From NCBI RefSeq assembly GCF_000015145.1, contig NC_008818.1, forward strand, positions 60,001 through 92,000: DNA of 32,000 nucleotides. Direction: 5' to 3'. Position numbers and translations under genes: made by a program. This DNA comes from Hyperthermus butylicus DSM 5456. GTDB lineage: Archaea; Thermoproteota; Thermoprotei_A; Sulfolobales; Pyrodictiaceae. Positions 16,584 to 24,967 of the stretch are shown here, piece after piece; the first letter of the stretch is position 1, and each line of letters begins with the position of its first letter. The notes below the pieces were generated by a model. It was not told the origin of the DNA, searched no databases, and saw only the letters and a program-made list of their open reading frames with translations.

Positions 16584-16880
16584 TTAGCCCACCGGTAGCG
16601 AGCCGCCAGTAACAATCTCGAAGTCAACACTCACGTATACGACATGGCTTCCACGTATCAGCACGCGGCCATACTTAACCTTGCGCTCCATAGTCCCTGG
16701 CTTTAGTTCCACACACTCGTCAAGCACTAGGTTCATTGTCGGATCCGTAGCTACGAGTTTTCCAACGTACTCGCTACCATCCTTTAGCTTTACGAAGATA
16801 ACCCTCCCAACAGCCTCGCGTAGGACTCTCAGGGGGCTTACTGGTTTTGCACGCTGCTGAGACACACTTCCACCCCACAA
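16584..16880 (-). CDS. Sm-like archaeal protein (SmAP/LSm)
   Basis: The Sm1 and Sm2 motifs are visible: VIFVKLKDGSEYVGKLVATDPTMNLVLDEC and RVLIRGSHVVYV. The track start is TTG and the true start may lie a few codons downstream. Confidence 0.75.
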   Translation of the reverse strand: MWGGSVSQQRAKPVSPLRVLREAVGRVIFVKLKDGSEYVGKLVATDPTMNLVLDECVELKPGTMERKVKYGRVLIRGSHVVYVSVDFEIVTGGSLPVG

Positions 16881-17132
16881 TTCTCCGCATTTTCTACAGC
16901 GTGGTTACTTCTAGCCGGGGTGCTAGCCTTCAACTCTAGAGACTTTAAGCTTACTACACGCTAGCCCAACAGCTAGCCAAGAAGTAGCTGCTCCTAGCCG
17001 GGGGGTACCAGAGCGTTGAGGAGTACTGTAGAGTATACTCTGCCGGTGAAAGAAGGGAGAGGATCCTAATTTCCCAGCATATCCCCTCTTGTGTATACGC
17101 CTAGCTAGCCTCTCAGCGTCGCCCAGCTAGGC

Positions 17133-17498
17133 CTACTCCTCCTCTGCCTCCTCGAGTTCCTCGAGCACATCCATTACTGCCTCCCTAGCCTCTAACCTTG
17201 CTGGAAGACCGCGTCTCCTAACAGCATCGTATACTTCGTGGGCTAGCGCTGTCAAGTCGTCCAGCAACTCTTCTATGTAGCTCCTCGGGTCAGCCTCTGT
17301 GTCCACGATCTCGCGGATATAGTCTTTAAGCCCTTCATAACCTATCCTTACTGCTATACCCCTACTGGTCTCAACAACCTCAACATAGAGCGGAGCCTCA
17401 CTATGTACAAGCCTTACCGCTTCACCAACCTTCTTCACGGTATAGCCTCTACGCTTAGCTAGCTTCTCAATGTCATCCAGTAGCTCACGCTGTACCAT
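17133..17498 (-). CDS. Hypothetical acidic protein
   Basis: This clean 121-aa ORF starts at ATG and ends in an EELEEAEEE tail. No motif was recognised. Confidence 0.45.
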   Translation of the reverse strand: MVQRELLDDIEKLAKRRGYTVKKVGEAVRLVHSEAPLYVEVVETSRGIAVRIGYEGLKDYIREIVDTEADPRSYIEELLDDLTALAHEVYDAVRRRGLPARLEAREAVMDVLEELEEAEEE

Positions 17499-17596
17499 CT
17501 ACGCTCACCGCGGAGTTATGACTTGAAGCTACGTAATTAAAGGGAGCGGGCTTGATAGTCAAGGGATGAAGGATGGGGACACCAGGAGGGAGAGGT

Positions 17597-17698
17597 TGGA
17601 GCCGGGGCCGGGATTTGAACCCGGGATCAACGGGTTTCCACGATGGGCGGGTGCTAGGCACTGCAGCCCGCCGCCTTTGACCGCTCGGCCACCCCGGC
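17597..17698 (-). tRNA. tRNA-Cys (anticodon GCA) with a 25-nt intron after position 37, encoded CCA
   Basis: The minus strand reads GCCGGGG-TG-GCC-GAGCGGTCAAA-GGC-G-GCGGG-CTGCAG|intron|A-CCCGT-TGATC-CCGGG-TTCAAAT-CCCGG-CCCCGGC-T-CCA. Discriminator U73 and the GCCGGGG acceptor stem match archaeal tRNA-Cys as I remember it. The spliced length is 74 nt plus CCA. Confidence 0.8.
17636..17660 (-). other. tRNA-Cys intron (TGCCTAGCACCCGCCCATCGTGGAA)
   Basis: Removing it restores a 7-nt anticodon loop (CTGCAGA) and a 5-nt variable loop. A 4-bp helix (C32-G, U33-G, G34-U, C35-G) is flanked by 3-nt bulges that carry both junctions, giving a relaxed bulge-helix-bulge. The intron also contains a decoy CCCGC that could mimic the 3' strand of the anticodon stem. 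Confidence 0.65.
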
Positions 17699-17813
17699 GC
17701 CCATCCGTGGAACCTCTATTCTCCTACAGCCTCTCTTTATTAACCTTAGCTCGTTTCCAGCTCATAGCCTTGGGGGTGATTGCCCCAGGCGGAGCTGACG
17801 GCCAGGATGCCGG

Positions 17814-18977
17814 GTGATGTGTTTAGCCTTGTCTGACCCTAGGCACCAAGTCCTCATAGTTGGTGGTGGTGCTGCCGGTCTTTCTGTTGCTGTGAGGGTA
17901 TCCTCTGACGCTGTTCTCGTGTCAGCTTCGCCTAGGCCTGGCTGGCCGCCGCACTGTACTGGGCTTATAAGCCCTGAGACTCTCAAGCTTCTATCTGCAC
18001 ATGAGGCTGTCAGCGATACCTATCGCGGGGCCGTGTTTCTCGACGCGAGGCTCCGAGAGGTGTGCCGTGTTGAGCGGAGGAGGGTACTAGCCTACCGTGT
18101 TAATAGGCCGTTGATGGAGGAAGTTTTCGCCGAGGAAGCTAGGGCTCGTGGAGTACGTATGATGTTCTCCAAGCCGGTCGTACATGTTGACTGGTTAACT
18201 GGCTGTGCAATGCTTGCCGACGGGGGGAGGATTTGCGGCGAACGGGTAGTCCTAGCGCCGGGCTACTCGCCACGCTTTGCGATGCTCTTCGGTGCCGAGC
18301 GTTGTGAGCGCCTCTACGGGGTTGAGGTCAGGGTCGTTCTTGCAAGGAGGATGCTGGATGATGTCTTCTATACCATACATGGCAGCATCTATACACCAGA
18401 GTTCTTCGCCTGGATAGTCCCGGTCAACGCTGGCCGCGAAGCTCTCATCGGGCTTGCAGCACGCAACAAGCCCCTCGAAAGACTTGCAGCTCTGCTTGAC
18501 GACCTAGCCCGCCGCGGCGTAGCAGACTATACTAGGGTCGTTAGTAGGCGTAACGGCATCATAGTTATGGGGCCGGCAGCTAAGAGGATAACTCGTGGCA
18601 AGCTTGTTGGCCTGGGCGATGTGCTATGTGCCTCGAAGCCCTTCACCGGTGGGGGCCTCTACGCAATATCGCGGCTCGCAAGCCTAGTCGCAGGCTATGC
18701 TGACAACACTATTGCATATGGGGAGCTAGATGCTGCTTGGAGGCTGCTCCGTAGAGAGCTGCTGCTACAGCGCAAGCTTACGAAGCTGCTCCGGGTACTG
18801 CTTAGCTCTTCCCTAACAAAGCTTGTACTAGCCCCGATATGCGAGGCGGGAAGCCGGGGGCTCTGCAGCCTAGATTATGATAGGCATAGCAGTGCCGTAA
18901 GCTGCCTCTGGAAGCTGTACAGATTGTGGGGCGGTGGGAGAGTTGCCGAGGCGAGAGCTGCTGAGGAAAATAGCTGA
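17814..18977 (+). CDS. FAD-dependent oxidoreductase of the geranylgeranyl reductase family
   Basis: It has the dinucleotide-binding motif VLIVGGGAAGLSVA, the segment PHCTGLIS, and a late GDVLCASKPFTGGGLY motif typical of GGR-like flavoproteins. Confidence 0.65.
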   Translation: MMCLALSDPRHQVLIVGGGAAGLSVAVRVSSDAVLVSASPRPGWPPHCTGLISPETLKLLSAHEAVSDTYRGAVFLDARLREVCRVERRRVLAYRVNRPLMEEVFAEEARARGVRMMFSKPVVHVDWLTGCAMLADGGRICGERVVLAPGYSPRFAMLFGAERCERLYGVEVRVVLARRMLDDVFYTIHGSIYTPEFFAWIVPVNAGREALIGLAARNKPLERLAALLDDLARRGVADYTRVVSRRNGIIVMGPAAKRITRGKLVGLGDVLCASKPFTGGGLYAISRLASLVAGYADNTIAYGELDAAWRLLRRELLLQRKLTKLLRVLLSSSLTKLVLAPICEAGSRGLCSLDYDRHSSAVSCLWKLYRLWGGGRVAEARAAEENS

Positions 18978-19806
18978 GGAAGTCTATGGGCCCGAGAAGG
19001 CTAGACGATTCTGGAAGAGAATAGACATTATAGGCGATATCGCCATTATAAAGAAGCCCTTCGACGTTGAGCTAGAGGAGCTTAAGCCGCTCGCTGAGGC
19101 TCTCCTCGCCAGGCTCCCTTATGTGAAGAGCGTCTGGGCGGCATCAAGCCCCGTTGAGGGCATGTACAGGTTGCGAAAGTTTGTCCACCTTGCGGGAGAG
19201 CAGAGAAGCCTGACTATACACCGCGAGTACGGGTGTAGCTTCCTTGTAGACATAACAAAGGTCTACATCTCGCCGAGGCTCTCCTACGAACACTATCGTG
19301 TGGCAAAACTCGTCAAGCCAGGCGAAGTTGTCATCAACATGTATGCTGGAGCAGGCCTTTTCTCGATAATAATCGCCCGGCACGCTAAGCCACAGAGGGT
19401 CTACAGTATAGACATAAACCCGGACGCCTACCAGCTCATGGTGCACAACGTCAAGATGAACAAGGTTGAAGACATTGTTGTCCCTATACTCGGCGACGCT
19501 GCAAAGGTTGTACCAGAGACGCTTCGTGGTACTGCGAACCGGATACTGATGCCTCTGCCCGAGCTAGCACTTGAACACCTGCCAGCAGCACTTGCAGGCT
19601 TGCGAGAGGGCCGGGGCGTCCTACACGTGTATCTCCACATCTTCGCGGAGAAGGGCGTTGATCCCCGCAGCCGCGCCGTGGAAACCCTTGTCAACAGACT
19701 GGAAGAGCTAGGCGTGAAGAAGCACCGTGTGCTCCTCGCAAGGGTTGTGAGGACTGTCGGGCCGCGGCGTAGCCAGGTAGTAGTCGATGTTGAGGTTGAG
19801 ACCTAG
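18934..19806 (+). CDS. trm5: tRNA (guanine37-N1)-methyltransferase Trm5 (Met-10+ like)
   Basis: The sequence contains IGDIAIIKKP, VVINMYAGAGLFSIIIA, SIDINPDAY and RILMPLP. It starts at GTG and overlaps the upstream gene by 44 nt. Confidence 0.8.
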   Translation: MGELPRRELLRKIAEEVYGPEKARRFWKRIDIIGDIAIIKKPFDVELEELKPLAEALLARLPYVKSVWAASSPVEGMYRLRKFVHLAGEQRSLTIHREYGCSFLVDITKVYISPRLSYEHYRVAKLVKPGEVVINMYAGAGLFSIIIARHAKPQRVYSIDINPDAYQLMVHNVKMNKVEDIVVPILGDAAKVVPETLRGTANRILMPLPELALEHLPAALAGLREGRGVLHVYLHIFAEKGVDPRSRAVETLVNRLEELGVKKHRVLLARVVRTVGPRRSQVVVDVEVET

Positions 19807-20240
19807 CCTAGGGAGGATAGCTTCATAGCCGCATATTCTAGTGCTGCTACCACATCATCCTTCACACCCTTATCAACACCGGTCACTAGTATGGATACAA
19901 CTCCTCCCTCACGCTTCTCAACACTATAGTCTACGCCCTCCTCAGCCCTTAGCCTCTCAAGCACATTCAACACATACTTTATGTAGGGCAGCGTCTCGGG
20001 CACCGGCCGTGTAAACGCAAGCATAACAGTGTCCCTAGACTCGACAATCCTCGCTACGACCCTGCCCTCCCGGTTCCGGAACTCCCTGCCACGCCTCAAC
20101 TCGCCACCTACACGTCTAGAGCCAGCACACTCCTCAAGCACCGCTAGAAGTTGCTGTAACAGCTGTAGCCTCTCCTCAAGCTGCTCAATCTCCCTCTCAA
20201 GGAGCTCCCTCAGCTTCTCAATGTCCAGGCCCTCAGACAT
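19803..20240 (-). CDS. Hypothetical protein with an N-terminal coiled coil
   Basis: This 145-aa ORF starts at ATG. The segment LDIEKLRELLEREIEQLEERLQLLQQLL shows a heptad pattern. No catalytic motif was recognised. Confidence 0.45.
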   Translation of the reverse strand: MSEGLDIEKLRELLEREIEQLEERLQLLQQLLAVLEECAGSRRVGGELRRGREFRNREGRVVARIVESRDTVMLAFTRPVPETLPYIKYVLNVLERLRAEEGVDYSVEKREGGVVSILVTGVDKGVKDDVVAALEYAAMKLSSLG

Positions 20241-20349
20241 ACCTACTACACCCAGCTATGCTGCTCCACTACAGCTGTAGAGGTAAAGCCAGGTTTATGG
20301 GGGGCGCGGCTGCTGTAGCCCAAAGGGCCTAGCACAAACTCCGCCTATA

Positions 20350-22152
20350 GTGGCCGAGAGGTGCTCTAGCGCCTTGAGACCCAACCATGCACGGCTTCTA
20401 ATAGCCCTGGTACTTGTTGCAATTATAGCATTCCCCACTCCTGCTAGCGCTGCATCAGTCTGTCTAGAGCTTGGGCTCCTAGCTGTTAACGAGGATAACG
20501 GTGCTCTCCACGGTGAGGTTATACCTGCCCAGCTTACAGTTACTTGGCCCGGCAATGGCACAGTATCACTGCTATCAAGTAATGATATAGGGCCCTCGAC
20601 AAGGGTATCGACCTTCATAGCGTTCCAGGTAGCTGCAATCCTGGCAGGGATTGACCCCCGATACTACAACGTAACTATAACGTTTAAAACAGAGGAGCCT
20701 GTTTCGGGGCCCAGCGCAAGCGGCTTCATCGCAGCTGCACTCTACTCCATATTTATCGGTCTGGAGCCCTCAAAAAAGGCAACTATGACTGGCATGACTT
20801 CAGCTACAGGGTTTGTGCTCCCAGTTGCGGGGCTAAGCTACAAACTTGAAGCAGCCGCTAGGGAGGGCTACGTTGTCACCATAGTACCATGGCAGCCTGA
20901 CATACTAGAAAACTCTTCACTACCCCCTCAAGGCCTTACCATACGCCATGCCTGCAGCATTGAGGATGCCGCGTTACTACTTGCTGGAGGTAACCCGGTC
21001 AACCTCACCACAAGACTTGCCCTCAACCCCTTGACACTGTTTGGCAACGAGGTGGCAAAGTTTAGGTACTATGCACTCCTCTTTAGCAACTATACTCTCA
21101 AGCTGGTGGACAGTATAGACAATGAACATGTAGCAAAGATTGTCGAGAGACTTGCACGCGAGAGCATCACTATAGCCGATAAGTCGCCCTATAGTGCTGC
21201 AAGCATGGCATTCCTATCCCTCTACCTTGCATCAACCGCTGTAGCTGAGCAACACGGCTACGCGGCTGTCGAGCGCCTACTCGGGGTAAGCATAGAGGAT
21301 ATCCTCGCCGAGGCAAGAACTAGTGTGGAGCATGCTGCCAGCCTCTTCAACTACACAGGGTCCTGCGGGCTATGGGGGTTCGAGGCTCTAGCAGCTGCCA
21401 AGCTCCGCCTATACCTTGCCGAGCACGCGGCGAAATCGGACGATGAAGATGTTAAGGTGCTAGCCCTCCTCCGCGCTTACTCTGCAGAATCCTGGGCTAA
21501 GCTGGCAAGGGTTGACTACGGCCCACGCGTATCGTGTGCAGAGCTTAGGGAGGCTGTGAGAATACTCGTAAACTATGCGAACTATACGTACGAGTATCTC
21601 GCCAGTATTATTGACCGCTACATAAACGTTACCAGGATGGTTGACGGCAGGACCATCGAGGAGTGGCTTGCCGATGCAAGGCATGCTCTTGAAAACGGGG
21701 ACTATGCTCTTGCAGCCGGGATAGCACTGTACGTAGTCGACGAGGTCGAACAAATACTCATAACGTCCTCGCCACTGCCACAGAGCTGCGTGCTAGGACG
21801 CGCTGAGCGCATAGAGATACTCCAGTATGGGAGAGGACTTCTAGGCCTAGTCTCAGGGCTGACACTAGCCTATGCGCTGGGCGAGGCTAATCTAACCGCA
21901 AACATAACCGGCAACCACAACATTCCCGAGGGATTAGCTATAACCTCGATTGTATGGTCGCTTCTCCCCCTCACGCTCACGAGCATAGAGCCTAGCGGAG
22001 CGCCAGCTCCAACACTAGCGCCAGCCAGCTGTCCTCTACGATCCATACAACAATACATAATGGCGTTGGTCATAGTGTCGGCTGTACTCGCAATACTAGC
22101 CTACGCGTCAGCTCTTACTGCTAGGAGGGCTAGGCTTGAGGTAGTCCAGTAA
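20350..22152 (+). CDS. Secreted, membrane-anchored protein with an N-terminal Lon-protease-like (S16) Ser-Lys domain (COG1750-like archaeal serine protease)
   Basis: It has a signal-like N terminus. VSGPSASGFIAAALYS resembles the Lon GPSAG catalytic Ser, and MTGMTSATGFVLPVAGLSYKLEAAAREGYVVTIVP resembles the Lon TGE..L.G.VLPIGG..EK..AA segment carrying the catalytic Lys. It also has many N-x-S/T sequons and a C-terminal TM helix plus an RRAR tail. Confidence 0.6.
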   Translation: MAERCSSALRPNHARLLIALVLVAIIAFPTPASAASVCLELGLLAVNEDNGALHGEVIPAQLTVTWPGNGTVSLLSSNDIGPSTRVSTFIAFQVAAILAGIDPRYYNVTITFKTEEPVSGPSASGFIAAALYSIFIGLEPSKKATMTGMTSATGFVLPVAGLSYKLEAAAREGYVVTIVPWQPDILENSSLPPQGLTIRHACSIEDAALLLAGGNPVNLTTRLALNPLTLFGNEVAKFRYYALLFSNYTLKLVDSIDNEHVAKIVERLARESITIADKSPYSAASMAFLSLYLASTAVAEQHGYAAVERLLGVSIEDILAEARTSVEHAASLFNYTGSCGLWGFEALAAAKLRLYLAEHAAKSDDEDVKVLALLRAYSAESWAKLARVDYGPRVSCAELREAVRILVNYANYTYEYLASIIDRYINVTRMVDGRTIEEWLADARHALENGDYALAAGIALYVVDEVEQILITSSPLPQSCVLGRAERIEILQYGRGLLGLVSGLTLAYALGEANLTANITGNHNIPEGLAITSIVWSLLPLTLTSIEPSGAPAPTLAPASCPLRSIQQYIMALVIVSAVLAILAYASALTARRARLEVVQ

Positions 22153-22815
22153 CGTGCGCGGCTTTTTAGAGGTAGGCTCCTCTCTCAAAGCCTCCCGCAC
22201 AGCAGCCGCAATGGGCCCCCGGAAGTCGTCCTCTAGCTTCTGCCGGAGGGGCGGCTTGTAGAGCGCGGCAGCGGGGTGATAGGTAACAGTTATCATCAGC
22301 TTGACACCTCCAATCTCGCCGTGGTACGTCTTGCCGTGCTGTTCGCTCATACTCCTCCACTGTAGCCCAGCCAGCTCCAACAAGGTACGGGCTGAGTGAC
22401 GGCCAACGGCTATGATTAGCTTTGGCTTTACCAGCCTTATCTGGTGTAGAAGGTAGGGTAAGCAAGCCTTCACCTCATCTTCCTGAGGGTCGCGATTGCC
22501 GGGCGGCCTACACTTGACGATATTCGTTATATAGACCTGCTCCCGTTTGAGCCCCGCGAGCTCCAGGAGCTTGTTTAGGAGCTGGCCGGCTGCGCCAACG
22601 AACGGCCTACCCTGGAGATCCTCATTCCTGCCCGGCGCCTCACCGATAACCATCACCTTTGCGTTGAGGGGGCCCTCGCCAGGTACCGGGTTGCGCCGGT
22701 ACTGGTGGAGCCGGCACTTGGTACAGTTCATTATCTCCTCAACAAGCCTCCTATACTCCTCCTCAACGCTCATAGACGTGGATTCTTCTGGCACGGCTTG
22801 GCTACCCGGTTTCAC
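22108..22815 (-). CDS. udg: Family 4 (thermophilic, Fe-S) uracil-DNA glycosylase
   Basis: The sequence contains CTKCRLHQYRRNPVPGEG, VMVIGEAPG, FVGAAGQLL, NIVKCRPPGNRDP and YHPAA. Its 3' end overlaps the convergent 20350-22152 gene by 45 nt. The start could be the internal ATG at 22773. Confidence 0.85.
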   Translation of the reverse strand: MKPGSQAVPEESTSMSVEEEYRRLVEEIMNCTKCRLHQYRRNPVPGEGPLNAKVMVIGEAPGRNEDLQGRPFVGAAGQLLNKLLELAGLKREQVYITNIVKCRPPGNRDPQEDEVKACLPYLLHQIRLVKPKLIIAVGRHSARTLLELAGLQWRSMSEQHGKTYHGEIGGVKLMITVTYHPAAALYKPPLRQKLEDDFRGPIAAAVREALREEPTSKKPRTLLDYLKPSPPSSKS

Positions 22816-22881
22816 AGCATAGTCTGGCCGGTACAGCTAAGGGGTTAGCCCCTCCTAACAGATTGTAGTGGTGTAGTAGCC

Positions 22882-23724
22882 GTGGAGAGGCCCTCGGCGA
22901 AAGCGCCAACCGTTGAGGGTAAAATGTACCATATCATGCTCGGCCCAGGCGAAATTCCGCCCTACGTCCTCCTGCCAGGCGATCCAGGTAGGATAGACGA
23001 TATAGTCGCGACGTGGGATGAATGGCGGGAGCTAGCATTTCACCGCGAGTATCGTAGTGTCAAGGGCAGGTATAAGGGTGTGGAAATAGGCGCTGTCAGC
23101 ACTGGCATAGGCGGACCGTCAACTGCAATTGCCGTCGAGGAGCTGGCTAGGATAGGGGTACATACGTTCATCCGCGTGGGCACCACTGGCGCTATACAAC
23201 CGGATATAGAACTTGGAACAGTCATCATAGGCTATGCAGCTGTAAGATATGATGGTGCTAGTGGTGAGTATGCTCCGCCAGAGTACCCCGCAGCTGCGAC
23301 ACCCGAGGTGGTTCTAGCTCTTGTTGAGGCTGCTGAGAGGCTCGGGGTACCATACCGTGTCGGCGTGGTGGCCTCAACAGCAACATTCCACTTGGGGCAG
23401 AGCCGCCCAGGGTTCCGTGGGTACGAGTGGAGCCGTAGCAGGGAGAGGCTAGCAGACCTACAGCGCATGGGTGTCCTCAGCTTCGAGATGGAGGCGGCGA
23501 CGATATTCACTCTCGCGAGTCTCTATGGGCTGCGGGCAGGCTGTGTCTGCGCCGCAATAGCCAACCGCGTGACCGACGAGTTTAAACCGGGGGTCGGGGT
23601 TAGGGAGGCGATACTAGTGGCTAATGAGGCTGTGAGGATACTAGCCGAGGCCGACAGGGAAAAGGGCAGGAAGCCAGCTAGTATAACAACGCTCTACAAC
23701 GCCGTCAGAAAGCTGTACGGCTAG
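22882..23724 (+). CDS. PNP/UDP-1 family nucleoside phosphorylase (uridine-phosphorylase-like)
   Basis: The sequence contains GDPGRIDDI, STGIGGPS, RVGTTGAIQ and SFEMEAA. The track start is GTG, and ATG 22924 (MYHIMLG) is the more likely start. Confidence 0.75.
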   Translation: MERPSAKAPTVEGKMYHIMLGPGEIPPYVLLPGDPGRIDDIVATWDEWRELAFHREYRSVKGRYKGVEIGAVSTGIGGPSTAIAVEELARIGVHTFIRVGTTGAIQPDIELGTVIIGYAAVRYDGASGEYAPPEYPAAATPEVVLALVEAAERLGVPYRVGVVASTATFHLGQSRPGFRGYEWSRSRERLADLQRMGVLSFEMEAATIFTLASLYGLRAGCVCAAIANRVTDEFKPGVGVREAILVANEAVRILAEADREKGRKPASITTLYNAVRKLYG

Positions 23725-23967
23725 TTGCAGGACAAGGATCGGTGCGGGGGCTTGCCTAGGGTCAAGGTGACAGTTGTTCCGGGCGGCAAGACTAGGATAC
23801 TAGAGTTTGGCGCCATGCCACGCGTAAGGGACATACTGGAGAAGCTCGGCATACCGCTAGAAGCGGCTGTAGTTGTGAGGACGCGTGACGTGAAGCCGCT
23901 CCTCCCTGACGAGCATGTGGGTGATGGCGAAGATGTCACAGTCTATGTTGCAGCAAGTACGGGGTAA
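23725..23967 (+). CDS. ThiS/MoaD-like beta-grasp (ubiquitin-fold) small protein
   Basis: The pattern VKVTVVPGGKTRILEF....VRDILEKLGIP.EAAVVVRTRDVKPLLPDEHVGDGEDVTVYV matches the ThiS-like layout. The C terminus is AASTG* rather than GG. It abuts the upstream stop codon, overlaps the ttuA start, and its true start may be the internal TTG or GTG. Confidence 0.5.
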   Translation: MQDKDRCGGLPRVKVTVVPGGKTRILEFGAMPRVRDILEKLGIPLEAAVVVRTRDVKPLLPDEHVGDGEDVTVYVAASTG

Positions 23968-24958
23968 CGAAGCTAGGCTATACCGCTGCAGCCTCTGCGG
24001 AGAGCCTGCTGCCGCTGAGCTGAGATATGCTAGGCTGAGGCTCTGCAAGAAACACTTCATCGAGTTTATAAATAGGAAGGTTGAGCGCACCCTACGCCGT
24101 GTCGGCGCGCTACGCAAGGGTGTAAAGATACTTGTAGCGATTTCGGGTGGCAAGGATAGTGCTGTAACGCTTGCAGCACTTTCCGACCTGGCAAAGAAGT
24201 ATGGCATCGAGGTCTACGCTATACACCTACGCCTAGGCTTCGGCGAGTTCTCAGCCAAGGTTGAGGAGAGAGTTAGGAGTCTATGCAACATGCTCGGTAT
24301 ACCCTGCATAGTGGTTGATGTTGCCGAAGCAGTGGGCGATCCGGTACACATACTTGCACGCAAGGCGAGGAGGCCAGCATGCAGCGTCTGTGGCCTCGTG
24401 AAGAGGTATTTCCTAAATGCGTCTGCAATAGAGCTAGGCGCCGACTATGTAGCGCTTGGCCACAATGCAGACGACATAATAGCCTATAGCATCAAGGCCT
24501 TTCTAAACCAGGATCTGGAGGCACTAGCAAAGTTTGGCCCTGTAACAACAAGCATTGACGACCTAGCTGTTGCTAGGCTTAGGCCACTCTACGAGGTCTA
24601 CGAGAAGGAGGATGTACTCTATGCTATTCTCCGAGGCCTACCTGTAGTCTTTGATAAGTGTCCGTTCAGACCAGAGGCCCCCATGGAGGATACGATAAAG
24701 GAGATGATCAACAAACTGGAGGACAAACATCCCGGTATAAAGATCTCCTTCCTAAGGAGGCTCGAGAAGAGGATAAAGCTCTACGGAGAGTTGGCAGGCA
24801 GCGCAAAGCCTGGACGCTGCAAGTACTGTGGCCTCATAAGCCAGGGCGATGAGTGTAGCTTCTGTAGACTCACACGCCGCATCTACGGCGAGCCCAGGGG
24901 ACCGAAGGTCAGGGAATACTTGAAGCAGGTTATCCAGAGGAGCTTTGCAACCAGGTAG
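23915..24958 (+). CDS. ttuA: TtuA/Ncs6-type PP-loop tRNA 2-thiolation enzyme
   Basis: It has an N-terminal Zn finger (CSLCG...CKKH), the PP-loop ISGGKDS, putative Fe-S ligands (CSVCG and KCPF), and a C-terminal Zn finger (CKYCG...CSFC). The start is ambiguous among Met codons at 23915-23945. Confidence 0.8.
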   Translation: MWVMAKMSQSMLQQVRGNEARLYRCSLCGEPAAAELRYARLRLCKKHFIEFINRKVERTLRRVGALRKGVKILVAISGGKDSAVTLAALSDLAKKYGIEVYAIHLRLGFGEFSAKVEERVRSLCNMLGIPCIVVDVAEAVGDPVHILARKARRPACSVCGLVKRYFLNASAIELGADYVALGHNADDIIAYSIKAFLNQDLEALAKFGPVTTSIDDLAVARLRPLYEVYEKEDVLYAILRGLPVVFDKCPFRPEAPMEDTIKEMINKLEDKHPGIKISFLRRLEKRIKLYGELAGSAKPGRCKYCGLISQGDECSFCRLTRRIYGEPRGPKVREYLKQVIQRSFATR

Positions 24959-24967
24959 AGCGGATAT

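Noticed and set aside
16905-17115. Six copies of CTAGCC (twice as CTAGCCGGGG) in the Sm-upstream intergenic region
   Set aside because: CTAG-containing strings such as GCTAGC and CTAGCC are frequent throughout this window, in coding regions too. The copies show no regular spacing or extended repeat unit.
17566-17817. 83-aa plus-strand ORF
   Set aside because: It runs antisense across the tRNA-Cys gene and its intron, so the tRNA explains the sequence.
17814-17836. GTGATGT + 12 nt + CTGA half-motif on the plus strand
   Set aside because: The box is imperfect, and no C'/D pair follows at the proper spacing. The motif coincides with the GTG/ATG start region of the geranylgeranyl-reductase-like gene. 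It is probably chance.
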